Part shown: positions 53,530-63,354 of the stretch, one piece after another
Layout: every line of letters starts with the position of its first letter
How positions within the stretch are numbered: the first letter of the stretch is position 1
Notes under the pieces: model-generated
Told to the model about the DNA's origin: nothing
Database searches by the model: none
Seen by the model: only the letters and a program-made list of their open reading frames with translations
Position numbers and translations under genes: made by a program
From: Planctomycetota bacterium
GTDB taxonomy: Bacteria; Planctomycetota; JAJSAM01; JAJVHW01
Length of the DNA stretch: 64,000 bases
NCBI GenBank assembly: GCA_965248445.1
Contig: CBDFJG010000003.1
Coordinates: 1,747,468-1,811,467, forward strand
Direction: 5' to 3'

Positions 53530-53852
53530 AGCGCGTCTTCGTCTGTTCGCCCCTCCGTGGTGACGTCGCCGCGAACGCGACGGTTGCTCGAGCAGCGTGC
53601 CGCGAGGTGGCACGCGCCGGGGATGCGCCGCTCGCGCCGCATCTGCTCTACCCGACGTTTCTCGACGACGGTGACGCAGCAGAACGCGCCCTCGGAATCG
53701 GCGCCGGACTCGCGTGGCTCGCGGTCGCCGACGAGGTCCTCGTCCTCGGACCACCCACCGACGGGATGGCAACGGAGATCGCAGCAGCTAAGGCGATCGG
53801 CATCCCGATCCGGTACGTGCGGCTCCCTCGACGAGAGGTGCGCTGTGGGTAG
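53526..53852 (+). CDS. DUF4406-like small phage protein
   Basis: VFVCSPLRGD...APHLLYP...GMATEI. Confidence 0.8.
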   Translation: MKRVFVCSPLRGDVAANATVARAACREVARAGDAPLAPHLLYPTFLDDGDAAERALGIGAGLAWLAVADEVLVLGPPTDGMATEIAAAKAIGIPIRYVRLPRREVRCG

Positions 53853-54342
53853 GTCGCGCGGACCAGGCGGCGGCCGCAAGCCCAAGCCGACGGCGCTCAA
53901 GGTGCTGGCCGGCAACCCCGGCAAGCGCAAGCTCAACGCCAAGGAGCCGAGGCCGAAGGCCGTGATCCCCAAGTGCCCGAAGGTGCTCCAGGGCGAGGCG
54001 CGCTCGGAGTGGCGGCGCATGGCCAAGAAGCTCCACGCCCTCGGGCTGCTGTCGGAGATCGACGGCGCCGCGCTCACGACGTACTGCCTCACATGGGCGC
54101 GGCTCGTGGACGCCGAGGAGAAGCTGCGCGAGCACGGCACGATCATCATGTCGCCGAACGGCTACCCGATGCAGTCGCCCTACCTCGCCATCGCGACCAA
54201 GGCGACCGAGCAGCTCGTGCGGGTCCTGGTGGAGTTCGGGATGACGCCGTCCTCGCGCGCCCGCGTCCAGGTCCCGAACGCGCCGGGCGCCGCGGCGGAC
54301 CCGGCCTTCGAGCGGTTCTTCGGCGCGTCCGGTGGGACGTAA
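53845..54342 (+). CDS. Terminase small subunit, P27 family
   Basis: RKPKPTALKVLAGNPGKR...EFGMTPSSR. Confidence 0.93.
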   Translation: MGRSRGPGGGRKPKPTALKVLAGNPGKRKLNAKEPRPKAVIPKCPKVLQGEARSEWRRMAKKLHALGLLSEIDGAALTTYCLTWARLVDAEEKLREHGTIIMSPNGYPMQSPYLAIATKATEQLVRVLVEFGMTPSSRARVQVPNAPGAAADPAFERFFGASGGT

Positions 54343-57142
54343 CGCGAAGGACGCCGACCCGACGGTTGCCGCCGTCCTCGCGAACGCTGAAGCCAGGCGC
54401 CGCTGGCCGGGCGTGACGATCGCGATCGACGACGAGGACGGGAAGTACTACTTCGACGAGGCCGACGCCTCACGCGCGGTGGAGTTCTTCCCGGCGTTCC
54501 TGCGGCATCTGAAGGGCGAGTTCGCGGGGCGTGCGTTCGAGCTCCTGGACTGGCAGAGGGACCTGCTCGTCCGTCCGCTCTTTGGGTGGAAGCGCGCGAG
54601 CGATGGGCGTCGCCGCTTCCGACGGGTCTTCCTGGAGATCGCGAAGAAGAATGGGAAGGCGCTCGCCCTCGACACGCCGATCCCCACACCCGAGGGCTGG
54701 AGCACGATGGGCGAGTTGCGGCGCGGGGGCCGGGTGTTCGGGGCCGATGGCAGGCCGGTGCGTGTCGTCGCCACCACGGGCGTCATGCACGGCCACGAGT
54801 GCTTCCGCGTGCACTTCTCGGACGGCACGTCCCTCGTCGCCGACGCAGATCACCTCTGGTACACCGAGTCGCGCGCCGCAGGCGAGCAGGCCAAGGGACG
54901 CATGGGAGCGATCCGCACCACGCGGGAACTGCACGAGACGCCGAGCGGCCCCTACGTCGGCGCGGGTGTGCGCTCGAACAACCACCGCATCCCCGTCGCG
55001 GCGGCGATGCGGCTCCCTCCCGTGAACCTGCCGGTTCCGCCGTACACACTCGGCGTCTGGCTCGGGGACGGCGACTCCGCGGGAAGCGGCGTGACGATCA
55101 ATGACCGCGATCTCGACATCTTGGCGCACGTCTGGGACGAGGGCATCCCGCTGCGCGAGACGGCGGCGCAACGCGGCTGCTCGCGCTTTCGACTCGGTCT
55201 CCAGAACGAGCCCGGCGTGCTTGACGGCAAGTCGCTCCAGCGGGTGCTCCGCGAACTCGGCCTGCTCGGGGACAAGCACATCCCGGCGGTCTACCTGCGC
55301 GCCTCGTTCGAGCAGCGGATGGCGCTCGCGCGGGGGCTCATGGATACCGACGGCACGGCGAGCAAGGCAGGCGAGTGCGAGATCACGACGATCCACCCGC
55401 GGCTGCGCGACGGGATCGTCGAGCTCCTGCGCAGCCTCGGGTTCAAGCCGTCCGTGCGCGAGGAGCGGGCTGTCCTCAACGGCAAGGACTGCGGTGCCTG
55501 CTACGACATACAGTTCCGCTCGTTCGCCGACGACCGTCCGGTGTTCCGGACGCCGTGGAAACGCAATCGACTCAGGCCGCGTCCGAAGCGTCGTCCGCGC
55601 TCGACATCGCGCTACGTAGTCGCTGTCGACCCGGTTCCGTCCGTGCCGGTGCGCTGCATCCAGGTGGACGCGCGCGACGGGCTGTTCCTCGCCGGCGATG
55701 GAATGGTGCCCACGCACAACAGCGGAATGTGCTCGGGGCTTGGGCTCTACCTCCTGCACTGCGACCGTGAGCCGGGTGCAGAGATCGTCGCCGCGGCCGC
55801 CAACCGCGAGCAGGCGGGCATCGTCTTCAACGAGGCGCGTGACATGAACGAGCTGTGTCCGGCGCTCGCGTCTCGTTCGGAGACCTTCCGCCGGTCGATC
55901 GTCGTGCCGCAGACGCGCTCGTCGTTCAAGGTGGTGTCGTCCGACGTGAAGGGAGGGCACGGCCCCAACATCCACGCGCTGCTCTTCGACGAGTTCCACA
56001 CGCAGCCGAACCGCGAGCTCTACGAGACGCTCGCGAAGGGCGTGGCCGCCAGGCGCCAGCCGATCGTGGTGCTGATCACGACGGCGGGCGATGACCACGA
56101 CTCGGTGTGCTACGAGGAGTACGAGTTCGCACGCCGCGTGATGTCTGGCGTGATCGAGGACGAGACGTACCTGCCGATCATCTTCGAGGCGTCGCCCGAG
56201 GACGACTGGCGCGATCCGGCGACGTGGGCGAAGGCGAACCCATCGCTCGACGTGACGGTCAAGCGCGACTACCTCGAAGCCGAGTGCCGCGCGGCCATTG
56301 CGGAGCCCCGCAAGCAGAACGCCTTCAAGCGCCTGCACCTGAACCTCTGGACGAAGACCACCGACGTCTGGATTCCCATCGAGTGGTGGAAGGCGTGCCC
56401 GGCGCTCCCAGCGGCAGAGACGCTGGCAGGTCTCCCCGTCGCCGGCGGGCTCGACCTCTCCAGCACGACGGACCTGACGGCGTTCGTGCTGGTCTTCCGG
56501 TTGCCGCCAACGACGCCGGACACGCCGAGCGTCGAGGTCGCCGACCTGGACGAGGGGGGCGAGCCGGTGAAACGCGTTCTCTCCATCAACTACGACCTGG
56601 CCGTCGTCCCCTACCTCTGGATGCCCGAAGACCGGCTGCACGAACGGTCGCGCGAGGACGGCGTGGACTACGGCGTCTGGGTGCGCGCCGGACACCTGCG
56701 CACCACGCCCGGGAGCGTCGTGGACTACGACTTCATCTACCGCGCGATCGTGGATGAGATCGCGCCGCGCTACGGCGTGAAGCAGATCGGCTACGACCCG
56801 TGGAACGCGCTGCAGTTCGCGCTCCAACTTGAGAAGGCGGGCTTCGACGCGGTCGAGGTGCGGCAGGGACCGCGCACGCTGTCGGCCGCCTGCAAGGTGC
56901 TCTACGCGCTGACGAAGGCTGGCCGCGTCCACCACGACGCGAACAAGACGATGGCGTGGTGCGTCGCGAACGCCGCCGTGAAGGAGGACGCGAACGAGAA
57001 CGTCCGTCCGATCAAGACGAACTCGAAGAAGCGCATCGACGGGGTGGTCGCTGCGGTGACAGCGCTCTCCCGGCTGATGGTGCTGCCGGATCGTCCGGCG
57101 TCCCCGTACGCGTATCGGGGAGTCCGGGCTGTCGGATCGTGA
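54332..57142 (+). CDS. Terminase large subunit containing an intein
   Basis: KKNGK|S Walker A split; FDEFH, ITTAG, GLDLSSTTD, YDPWN, KRIDG. Confidence 0.95.
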   Translation: MGRNAKDADPTVAAVLANAEARRRWPGVTIAIDDEDGKYYFDEADASRAVEFFPAFLRHLKGEFAGRAFELLDWQRDLLVRPLFGWKRASDGRRRFRRVFLEIAKKNGKALALDTPIPTPEGWSTMGELRRGGRVFGADGRPVRVVATTGVMHGHECFRVHFSDGTSLVADADHLWYTESRAAGEQAKGRMGAIRTTRELHETPSGPYVGAGVRSNNHRIPVAAAMRLPPVNLPVPPYTLGVWLGDGDSAGSGVTINDRDLDILAHVWDEGIPLRETAAQRGCSRFRLGLQNEPGVLDGKSLQRVLRELGLLGDKHIPAVYLRASFEQRMALARGLMDTDGTASKAGECEITTIHPRLRDGIVELLRSLGFKPSVREERAVLNGKDCGACYDIQFRSFADDRPVFRTPWKRNRLRPRPKRRPRSTSRYVVAVDPVPSVPVRCIQVDARDGLFLAGDGMVPTHNSGMCSGLGLYLLHCDREPGAEIVAAAANREQAGIVFNEARDMNELCPALASRSETFRRSIVVPQTRSSFKVVSSDVKGGHGPNIHALLFDEFHTQPNRELYETLAKGVAARRQPIVVLITTAGDDHDSVCYEEYEFARRVMSGVIEDETYLPIIFEASPEDDWRDPATWAKANPSLDVTVKRDYLEAECRAAIAEPRKQNAFKRLHLNLWTKTTDVWIPIEWWKACPALPAAETLAGLPVAGGLDLSSTTDLTAFVLVFRLPPTTPDTPSVEVADLDEGGEPVKRVLSINYDLAVVPYLWMPEDRLHERSREDGVDYGVWVRAGHLRTTPGSVVDYDFIYRAIVDEIAPRYGVKQIGYDPWNALQFALQLEKAGFDAVEVRQGPRTLSAACKVLYALTKAGRVHHDANKTMAWCVANAAVKEDANENVRPIKTNSKKRIDGVVAAVTALSRLMVLPDRPASPYAYRGVRAVGS
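54659..55720 (+). mobile_element. Class-3 intein (354 aa) with LAGLIDADG homing endonuclease
   Basis: Starts ALALDTPIPT, ends VPTHN|S; DADHLW, VRCIQV; LGVWLGDG and RGLMDTDG. Confidence 0.92.
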
Positions 57143-57170
57143 CAGACCATCCCGTGAACCCGCTCGAGGG

Positions 57171-58526
57171 TCAGCGACCCAGCCATCGCTGCCGGACCAC
57201 GTACCACCGCAGTTGATCCCCGTCGAGACTGCGCGCGTGGAACCCAACGCCCCTTGACCCCGACTTGAACGTCACGGCCGTCGGAGCACCCGTGTCTTCG
57301 TCCACGACGCTGTACGTGCGGACCGTGCTGGTCGGTGTCGGCGGTTCGGGGAACCCAGGCGGGCGCTCGAAGGTGGGCATCGGACGGGAGTCGTGGTCGA
57401 TGTCGGCGACCGTGAGACGCCGCCTCAGGTCTTCGAGATCCTCCGACTCGATGACCGCGGCCAGCCGGTCCCCGAGCAGCGTGAAGCCGTTCTCGTCTCG
57501 GCGAAGGGCTCCGTGAATCGTCGTGCCGTGTCGGCCGAGGAGGCGGGTCCAGACCCCGATCGGCGGGTCGTAGTCGGGTGGCGGACCAAGCTCGATCAGA
57601 ACGGCTGGTGTGTTCGCAACGCTCGGCTCCGGCATAGCGACGTCGCTGGACGGACCGCGTAGCGTCATCGACACGCCGAACGTCCCGGCCGCCGGGTCGG
57701 ATGTCGTCCGGGCGCTCTCCTCGGGCGGAGGGGTTGGCGGAGTTTCCGGCTCGGGAGGGAACGGTCGAGTCCGTTCGACCTCGGTGCGCCAGGCGGCCAT
57801 CGCCTCTTCAGGTGAGCCGCCCCAAGCGATGGCCTTGCCCACACACCCGTCGGCTGCTGCCCACCGCGCATTCCCAGGAACGCGGCCATCGAACAGCGCC
57901 TCGCGGAGCGCGAAGAGCCCGCAGTTCCAGACGCCTTGCACGCCGCCGGGAAGGCGCACCGGCAGGTGGACGCGACCCGGGCCATGCTGCGCCACGTCGA
58001 GACCGGCGATGAACTCGGCCACGAGTTCCACCGGGTTCGCCGACTTCTTCGCCAGCGCCGCGATCACGCCCCAGAGCGTGTCTTTCGGCCCGCCGCGCGT
58101 CACTTCCTTCCAGCGCCCGTCATCGCCGTACGTGATCGTTGCTGACTGGGGTCCGTCGTGGATCACGACCTCGCCGGGTCCGAGGTTCCGCAGTTTCGGG
58201 ACGCGCCCAGGTCGCGGCGGCGGTTCCAGTGGAGCGCCCTCGGGCGCGGCGACCATGACGACCGCCCCGTGTCTGCCCTTGGTACTGAGGGACACGAGCG
58301 GCCACGGGATGAACGTGTCAGCGCCAGGCGCCTCGCGTCGGAAGAGGACGCGGCGCGTCCCGGCGTTGTACGTCTCGACCCACGCCGCGTCGCCGAGGTG
58401 GTTCTCTACGAGGTCGAAGAGCATCTCCGCGTGAACGCGCGTGTGGATGGCGTCGCGGATCGCCCACACCGAGCGGAACGCATCGGGATCGTCCAAGTCC
58501 CTCTCCGACGGTCCTTTGCCAGCCAT
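57171..58526 (-). CDS. Hypothetical 451-aa accessory (moron-like) protein
   Basis: Long ORF opposite to the phage operon; GGAG RBS; no family recognised. Confidence 0.7.
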   Translation of the reverse strand: MAGKGPSERDLDDPDAFRSVWAIRDAIHTRVHAEMLFDLVENHLGDAAWVETYNAGTRRVLFRREAPGADTFIPWPLVSLSTKGRHGAVVMVAAPEGAPLEPPPRPGRVPKLRNLGPGEVVIHDGPQSATITYGDDGRWKEVTRGGPKDTLWGVIAALAKKSANPVELVAEFIAGLDVAQHGPGRVHLPVRLPGGVQGVWNCGLFALREALFDGRVPGNARWAAADGCVGKAIAWGGSPEEAMAAWRTEVERTRPFPPEPETPPTPPPEESARTTSDPAAGTFGVSMTLRGPSSDVAMPEPSVANTPAVLIELGPPPDYDPPIGVWTRLLGRHGTTIHGALRRDENGFTLLGDRLAAVIESEDLEDLRRRLTVADIDHDSRPMPTFERPPGFPEPPTPTSTVRTYSVVDEDTGAPTAVTFKSGSRGVGFHARSLDGDQLRWYVVRQRWLGR

Positions 58527-58550
58527 GCTCCGCTCCTCGCCGCGGCGTCG

Positions 58551-59027
58551 CTATCTCAGTTCGAGGTCCTCGGGCCACAGGAAGTACGGCCCGAACCGCT
58601 TCGACACCCGTCGCTCGCCTCCCGCCGCGATGCCCTCCGGCGTGAGTTCGTGGTCGTCGCCGGCGGGGACGAGAAGGCCTCGGGCCACCAATCGCGCGAG
58701 CACCTCGGCGGCCTTCAGCTTGTGCTTGCGACCGAGCTTCGACGTCGAGAGCTTCTTGTCGGCCGCACTCCCGTCGTCGGTATCGCCCGACGGAGGAGTT
58801 CGGTCGGCAGCAGGGGCTGGTGCGGGAGCGGGCGTCTTCGGTTCGGCCTCCCGCACGACCTTCTCGACGGACAGGCGGACTTCGTCGCTGACACGCAACA
58901 GCCGCCGCGCCTCCTCATAGATCGCGTCGTAGAGTTCCGGTTCACCGGCTCGCTCGACCAGCATCCCCATCTCGTGGTTGTTGACCTGGCTGAACTCGTA
59001 GAGGTTCATCGAGGCGACGAGGGCGAC
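58551..59027 (-). pseudogene. C-terminal part of a PLD-superfamily protein
   Basis: ALVASMNLYEFSQVNNHEMGMLV matches the segment following the HxK motif; HxK itself is absent. Confidence 0.7.
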
Positions 59028-59156
59028 GTCTACCTCCAGCCGCTCAACATGACGCCCGCGGGCGAGGACCAGCCCGCTGAGCCCGAACCCACACCGGACC
59101 CGGAGCCTGTCCCCGAGGACGAGGATCAGGACGAAGAGGAGGAGACCACGCCATGA
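59013..59156 (+). pseudogene. C-terminal remnant of HK97-family portal protein
   Basis: GDEGDVYLQPLNM plus acidic tail; ATGA overlap with protease gene. Confidence 0.8.
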
Positions 59157-59932
59157 CAACCGCGCTCACCGACTGCAGGGGCTACGCGCTCATGCTGGCC
59201 GAAGATGGCGCGCCCGCGCCGACGCTCTATCTCTACGACATCCTCGGCGTGGACCTCTTCGGCGGGATCGCCGCGCGCCAGGTCATCGAGGACCTCAACG
59301 CACTCGGCGAGGTCCCCGAGCTCACCGTGCGGGTCAATAGCCCCGGCGGCGATGTCTTCGAGGGGATCGCGGTCTACAACGCGCTCGCCCGCTTCCCCGC
59401 GAAGGTGACGATCCACATCGACGGGCTCGCGGCCTCGATTGCCTCGCTGATCGCGATGGCCGGCGAACGCACCGTCGTCGCCGAGAACGCGATGCTCATG
59501 GTCCATCGGCCGTGGACGGTCGCGATGGGCGACGCCGAGGAGATGCGACGGCAGGCGGGAACGCTCGACAAGGCGTGGTCCGCGATGCTCACCACCTACG
59601 CGCGGCGCACCGGACGTCGGGCCCCGGCGGTGTCCAAGCGCGTGACCGACGAGGGCGGCGAGTGGTGGATGACGGCCGACGAAGCTGTCTCCGAGCGGTT
59701 CGCGGACGAGGTCGAGAAGGGGGCGAAGAAGGCGCAGGTCTTCGGGCTCTCGCGCTTCCGTCGCGTTCCCGAGCACTTGGCGGCGTCGGCTGCGGACGAC
59801 GGGCTGGTGCTCCCCGAGTCACCCCGCGTGGCCGAGATTGCGGAGCCCCGCGTGACGCACGATCCGCCGCGCAGGGGCATGTCCCGATCCGCGCGCCGAC
59901 GCATCGTCGAGGTCCTTCGCCTCACGACTTGA
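59153..59932 (+). CDS. ClpP-like prohead protease
   Basis: NSPGGDVFEG, GLAASIAS, MVHRPW, WMTADEA. Confidence 0.93.
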   Translation: MTTALTDCRGYALMLAEDGAPAPTLYLYDILGVDLFGGIAARQVIEDLNALGEVPELTVRVNSPGGDVFEGIAVYNALARFPAKVTIHIDGLAASIASLIAMAGERTVVAENAMLMVHRPWTVAMGDAEEMRRQAGTLDKAWSAMLTTYARRTGRRAPAVSKRVTDEGGEWWMTADEAVSERFADEVEKGAKKAQVFGLSRFRRVPEHLAASAADDGLVLPESPRVAEIAEPRVTHDPPRRGMSRSARRRIVEVLRLTT

Positions 59933-59995
59933 ACGACCCTCCGCAGCGCTCGACGCTCGGACTTGTCGAACGACAACGACCCGGAGGAACACCCG

Positions 59996-61237
59996 ATGTC
60001 GAAGGTGCTGGAACTCAAGATGGCGCGCAAGGAGCTGGTCGATCAGCTCGAGCCGCTCACCGTGAAGGAAGAGCTCACCGAAGAGGAGGAGACTTCCTTC
60101 GCGGAGGCGCGCGTCAAGATCGCGGGGATCGGCAAGCAGATCGAGCGGGTGGAGTTCGTGGAGAGCGAGCGCGCGGTCCTGGATCGCCTCGACCCGGTTC
60201 CCTCGAAGCCCCAGCCCGAAGAGACAGAGACGCCGCGCGCGAAGAAGTCCGGCATCGAGAACCCCGGCTTCGAGAACGTCGGCGAGCTCGTCTACTGCGC
60301 TCGCTTCCAGCCCCGCGACCCCCGCATCCTGGCGCTGCAGGAGATGGGCACCGGCGAGTCGGGCGGTCTCGCGATCCCCGACGAGATCAACCCGACGCTG
60401 CGCGAGGTCACGGCCAACGAGGCGATCTTCCGCCCCCGCGCCACGGTCGTCCCCGCCGGCGAGTCGCCCGACGCCGATCTGGTGCTCCCGTCCCTCAACC
60501 AGGGTGTCGGCTCCAACCTCTACGGCGGCGTCGCCGTGGACTGGATCGGAGAGGGCGGCGACAAGCCCGAGACCAGCATCAGGATCAAGGAGACCCGTTG
60601 GACGCCGCGCGAGGTCGCGGCCCACATCGTCGTGACCGACAAGCTGCTGCGGAACTGGCGCTCGGCGTCCTCGCTGATCGAGCGCATGCTCCGCGGCGGC
60701 CTGCTCGCTGCCGAGGACGTGGCGTTCCTCTCCGGCAACGGCATTGCCCGACCGCTCGGCGTGCTCGCGTGCGACGCGCTCAAGAAGGTCAACCGCGCCC
60801 TGGCTGGCGAGATCGCATACGACGACCTCGTCGAGATGGAGGCAGAGCTCCACGAGGACGGCGAGGCGATGTGGATCGTCTCCCCGCGCGTCATCCCGAA
60901 GCTGCGCCAGATGAAGGACGGAGCAGGGCACTACATCTGGCAGGAGGACGCGCGCACCGGCGCGCCCGCCTCGCTGCTGGGCCGCGCGGTCGTGAAGAAC
61001 TACCGCAGTCCGGCCGTCGGCTCCCTCGGCGACGTGCTCCTGATCGTGCCGAGCTACTACCTGATCAAGGACGGCGTCGCGACCACGGTCGCCGCTTCCG
61101 AGCACGTGCTCTTCAAGCAGAACAAGACCGTCGTCAAGGCCTTCAAGACCGTCGATGGCGGCCCGTGGCTCAACGGTCCCATCCAGCAGGAAGACGGGCA
61201 GACCTACAGCCCGTTCGTCGCGCTCGACGTCCCGTAG
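59996..61237 (+). CDS. HK97-fold major capsid protein
   Basis: N-terminal coiled-coil scaffold, GGLAIP, WIGEG, KDGAGHYIW; GGAGG RBS. Confidence 0.93.
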   Translation: MSKVLELKMARKELVDQLEPLTVKEELTEEEETSFAEARVKIAGIGKQIERVEFVESERAVLDRLDPVPSKPQPEETETPRAKKSGIENPGFENVGELVYCARFQPRDPRILALQEMGTGESGGLAIPDEINPTLREVTANEAIFRPRATVVPAGESPDADLVLPSLNQGVGSNLYGGVAVDWIGEGGDKPETSIRIKETRWTPREVAAHIVVTDKLLRNWRSASSLIERMLRGGLLAAEDVAFLSGNGIARPLGVLACDALKKVNRALAGEIAYDDLVEMEAELHEDGEAMWIVSPRVIPKLRQMKDGAGHYIWQEDARTGAPASLLGRAVVKNYRSPAVGSLGDVLLIVPSYYLIKDGVATTVAASEHVLFKQNKTVVKAFKTVDGGPWLNGPIQQEDGQTYSPFVALDVP

Positions 61238-61282
61238 GCCGAGATCCGCTGATCCGCCGCTGACTCGACGAGGAGACCGAAC

Positions 61283-61681
61283 ATGACCAAGAAGCTGACC
61301 GAGGCGCTGGGCTTCGACTGCATCGTGGAGCCGCAGGACGTGGGCACCGCCGACGTCACGGGCACCTGGGTGGACGCTCGCCACGCCGGGCGACTCGTCG
61401 TCCTCGCGAAGGCCGGCGCCGTCACGGCGGCCAAGGTCCTCACGGTGCAGCTCCGCCAGGCGCAGGACGCCGCGGGCACGGGCGCCAAGGACCTCGGTGC
61501 TGCCGTCACGTCGGTGGGCGTCGGCGGCGCCGCACCGCCCGATGTCGAGATCGAGAAGGTCCCTTCCGATCTCGATGGCACGAACGGCTTCACGCACGTC
61601 ACTGCCGTGCTGGGGATCGATGAGGCCGCCAAGCTCGGCGCTGCCTACGTCGTCCGCGGCGACCGGCGCTACGTCCCGTAG
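61283..61681 (+). CDS. Phage structural protein (decoration-like)
   Basis: Follows capsid gene; beta-rich; AGGAG RBS. Confidence 0.7.
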   Translation: MTKKLTEALGFDCIVEPQDVGTADVTGTWVDARHAGRLVVLAKAGAVTAAKVLTVQLRQAQDAAGTGAKDLGAAVTSVGVGGAAPPDVEIEKVPSDLDGTNGFTHVTAVLGIDEAAKLGAAYVVRGDRRYVP

Positions 61682-61708
61682 GCGAGCACGCGCACCAGGA
61701 GGTGAGGC

Positions 61709-61933
61709 ATGGGCTACGAGGTCATCTCGCGTTTCTACGATCGCGAGCGCAGCGTCTACGTCGATCCGGGGGCGCCGTGTCCGCCGCTCGACGCCGCGAC
61801 CGCCACGCGTCTGGTCCGGGCCGGGTGCCTCGCCGAGGTCACGGAGACCGTGCCCGCCGCCAAGCCGAAGCGCACCAAGAGCACGCGGACGAAGGCCCAG
61901 CCCACCGCGGTCGCCGACGACGCAGGGGAGTAG
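61709..61933 (+). CDS. Small phage hypothetical protein
   Basis: AGGAGGTGAGG RBS; position between head and neck genes. Confidence 0.7.
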   Translation: MGYEVISRFYDRERSVYVDPGAPCPPLDAATATRLVRAGCLAEVTETVPAAKPKRTKSTRTKAQPTAVADDAGE

Positions 61934-61936
61934 CCC

Positions 61937-62512
61937 GTGGGCCTCGCGCTCATCCAGGCGCCGGCCGAAGCCCTCGTGACGCTGGACGAAGCGCGGCTCC
62001 ACCTGCGCGTGGACCTGCTCGAGGAGACCGACCTCATCGGTGCACTCATCGAGGCGGCAACCGCGCAGGCCGAGGCGATCTGTCGGCGTCGCTTCGTCAC
62101 GCAGCGCTGGCGCCACACGCTCGGGGAGTTCCCCGCCGGCGCGATCACACTGCCCCATCCACCGGTCGTCTCGGTCGAGAGCGTGCAGTACGTGGATGCG
62201 GACGGCGTGCTCAAGACAGTCGCGATCGCCGACTACGACGTCCGTACCAACGTGGTGCCGGGTGAAGCGGTGCCGGCGTACGGGAAGTCGTGGCCGTCGG
62301 CTCGCGCCGTGCCCGACGCCGTGCGTGTCGACTTCACGTGTGGGTTCGGCGGTGCGGCGGCGGTTCCCGACGCGATCAAGCGCGCGGTGCTGCTGATCGT
62401 CGGCACACTCCACGCGAACCGCGAGACTGTTGCGCCCGTCGCGATGCAGCCGATCCCTCATGCGGCCGATTGGCTTCTCTCCCCCTACCGAGTCCATAGG
62501 TTTGCGGGGTAG
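61937..62512 (+). CDS. Head-tail connector (gp6/gp15-like)
   Basis: VTLDEARLHLRVD...VPDAIKRAVLL...ANRE...LLSPYR. Confidence 0.92.
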   Translation: MGLALIQAPAEALVTLDEARLHLRVDLLEETDLIGALIEAATAQAEAICRRRFVTQRWRHTLGEFPAGAITLPHPPVVSVESVQYVDADGVLKTVAIADYDVRTNVVPGEAVPAYGKSWPSARAVPDAVRVDFTCGFGGAAAVPDAIKRAVLLIVGTLHANRETVAPVAMQPIPHAADWLLSPYRVHRFAG

Positions 62513-62515
62513 ACG

Positions 62516-62851
62516 ATGGCAGTCCGCGCCGGCCGGCTCGACCGCAGGATCCGCTTGGAGCGGCGCCATGAGGAGATCGACGACTCGGGCCAGGCCGTCA
62601 CGATCTGGCTCCCGCTTGCGGAGGTGTGGGCGCGCGTCGAACCGCTCGGTGGGCGCGAGGGCTTCGGCAAGCAGCAGTTCGTCGCGACAGGTGACTTGCG
62701 GTTCACGATCCGGTGGCGAGGCGACGTGACGCCGCTCCACCGCGTTGTCCACGAAGAGCGCGCCTACGACGTCGTCACCGTCGTCGAGGCAGGCCGTCGC
62801 GAGGCGCTCCTGATCGTCGCCCGTGGTCGCACAGACGGGAGCGAGTCGTGA
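62516..62851 (+). CDS. Head closure / head-tail adaptor
   Basis: AGRLDRRI...VWARVEPLGGRE...FTIRWR. Confidence 0.92.
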   Translation: MAVRAGRLDRRIRLERRHEEIDDSGQAVTIWLPLAEVWARVEPLGGREGFGKQQFVATGDLRFTIRWRGDVTPLHRVVHEERAYDVVTVVEAGRREALLIVARGRTDGSES

Positions 62852-63354
62852 TCGACGTCGATGTCGCGGGGTTGAAGGAACTCGACGCAGCGCTCGGGGA
62901 GATCCCGGCCGCGCTGCGCCGCAACGTGGTGCTTGCCGCTCTCAGGAAGGCAGCGAAGCCGATCGTCAAGGACGCGCGTGCGCGTGCGCGGCGTGGCACC
63001 GACCCCAAGCGGCGCGGATCGCCGAAGCAGCGCAAGAAGGGCGAGTCCGAGTCCATCGGCCACGGCGCCGACTCGATCAGGGTCAGCGCCATCAAGTCGT
63101 CGGTCCGCAGCGAGACGGCCGTCGCGATCGGACCGGACGCGAAGCACTGGTACATGAGCTTCGTCGAGTTCGGGACCTCGCGGCAGGCACCCGACCGCTT
63201 CCTCACACCCGCGTTCGAGATCAACAAGGACGCGGCGATCAAGGTCGTCGGCGACGAGCTGTGGAAGTCCCTCGCGCGGACCGCGAAGCGCCTCGCAAGG
63301 CAGGCCGAGACGGGCAAGCTCTCGAAGAAGTCGCTGCGGGCGCTGCAGTCATGA
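62848..63354 (+). CDS. HK97 gp10-family tail component
   Basis: GLKELDAAL...FVEFGT...FLTPAF. Confidence 0.9.
   Translation: MIDVDVAGLKELDAALGEIPAALRRNVVLAALRKAAKPIVKDARARARRGTDPKRRGSPKQRKKGESESIGHGADSIRVSAIKSSVRSETAVAIGPDAKHWYMSFVEFGTSRQAPDRFLTPAFEINKDAAIKVVGDELWKSLARTAKRLARQAETGKLSKKSLRALQS

Noticed and set aside
54470..57247. 925-aa minus-strand ORF
   Set aside because: Antisense shadow of terminase
59028..59159. Apparent signal peptide MSWRGLLLFVLILVLG on ORF 58551-59159
   Set aside because: It is the antisense reading of the acidic portal tail
59819..62752. 977-aa minus-strand ORF
   Set aside because: Antisense shadow of capsid and neck genes
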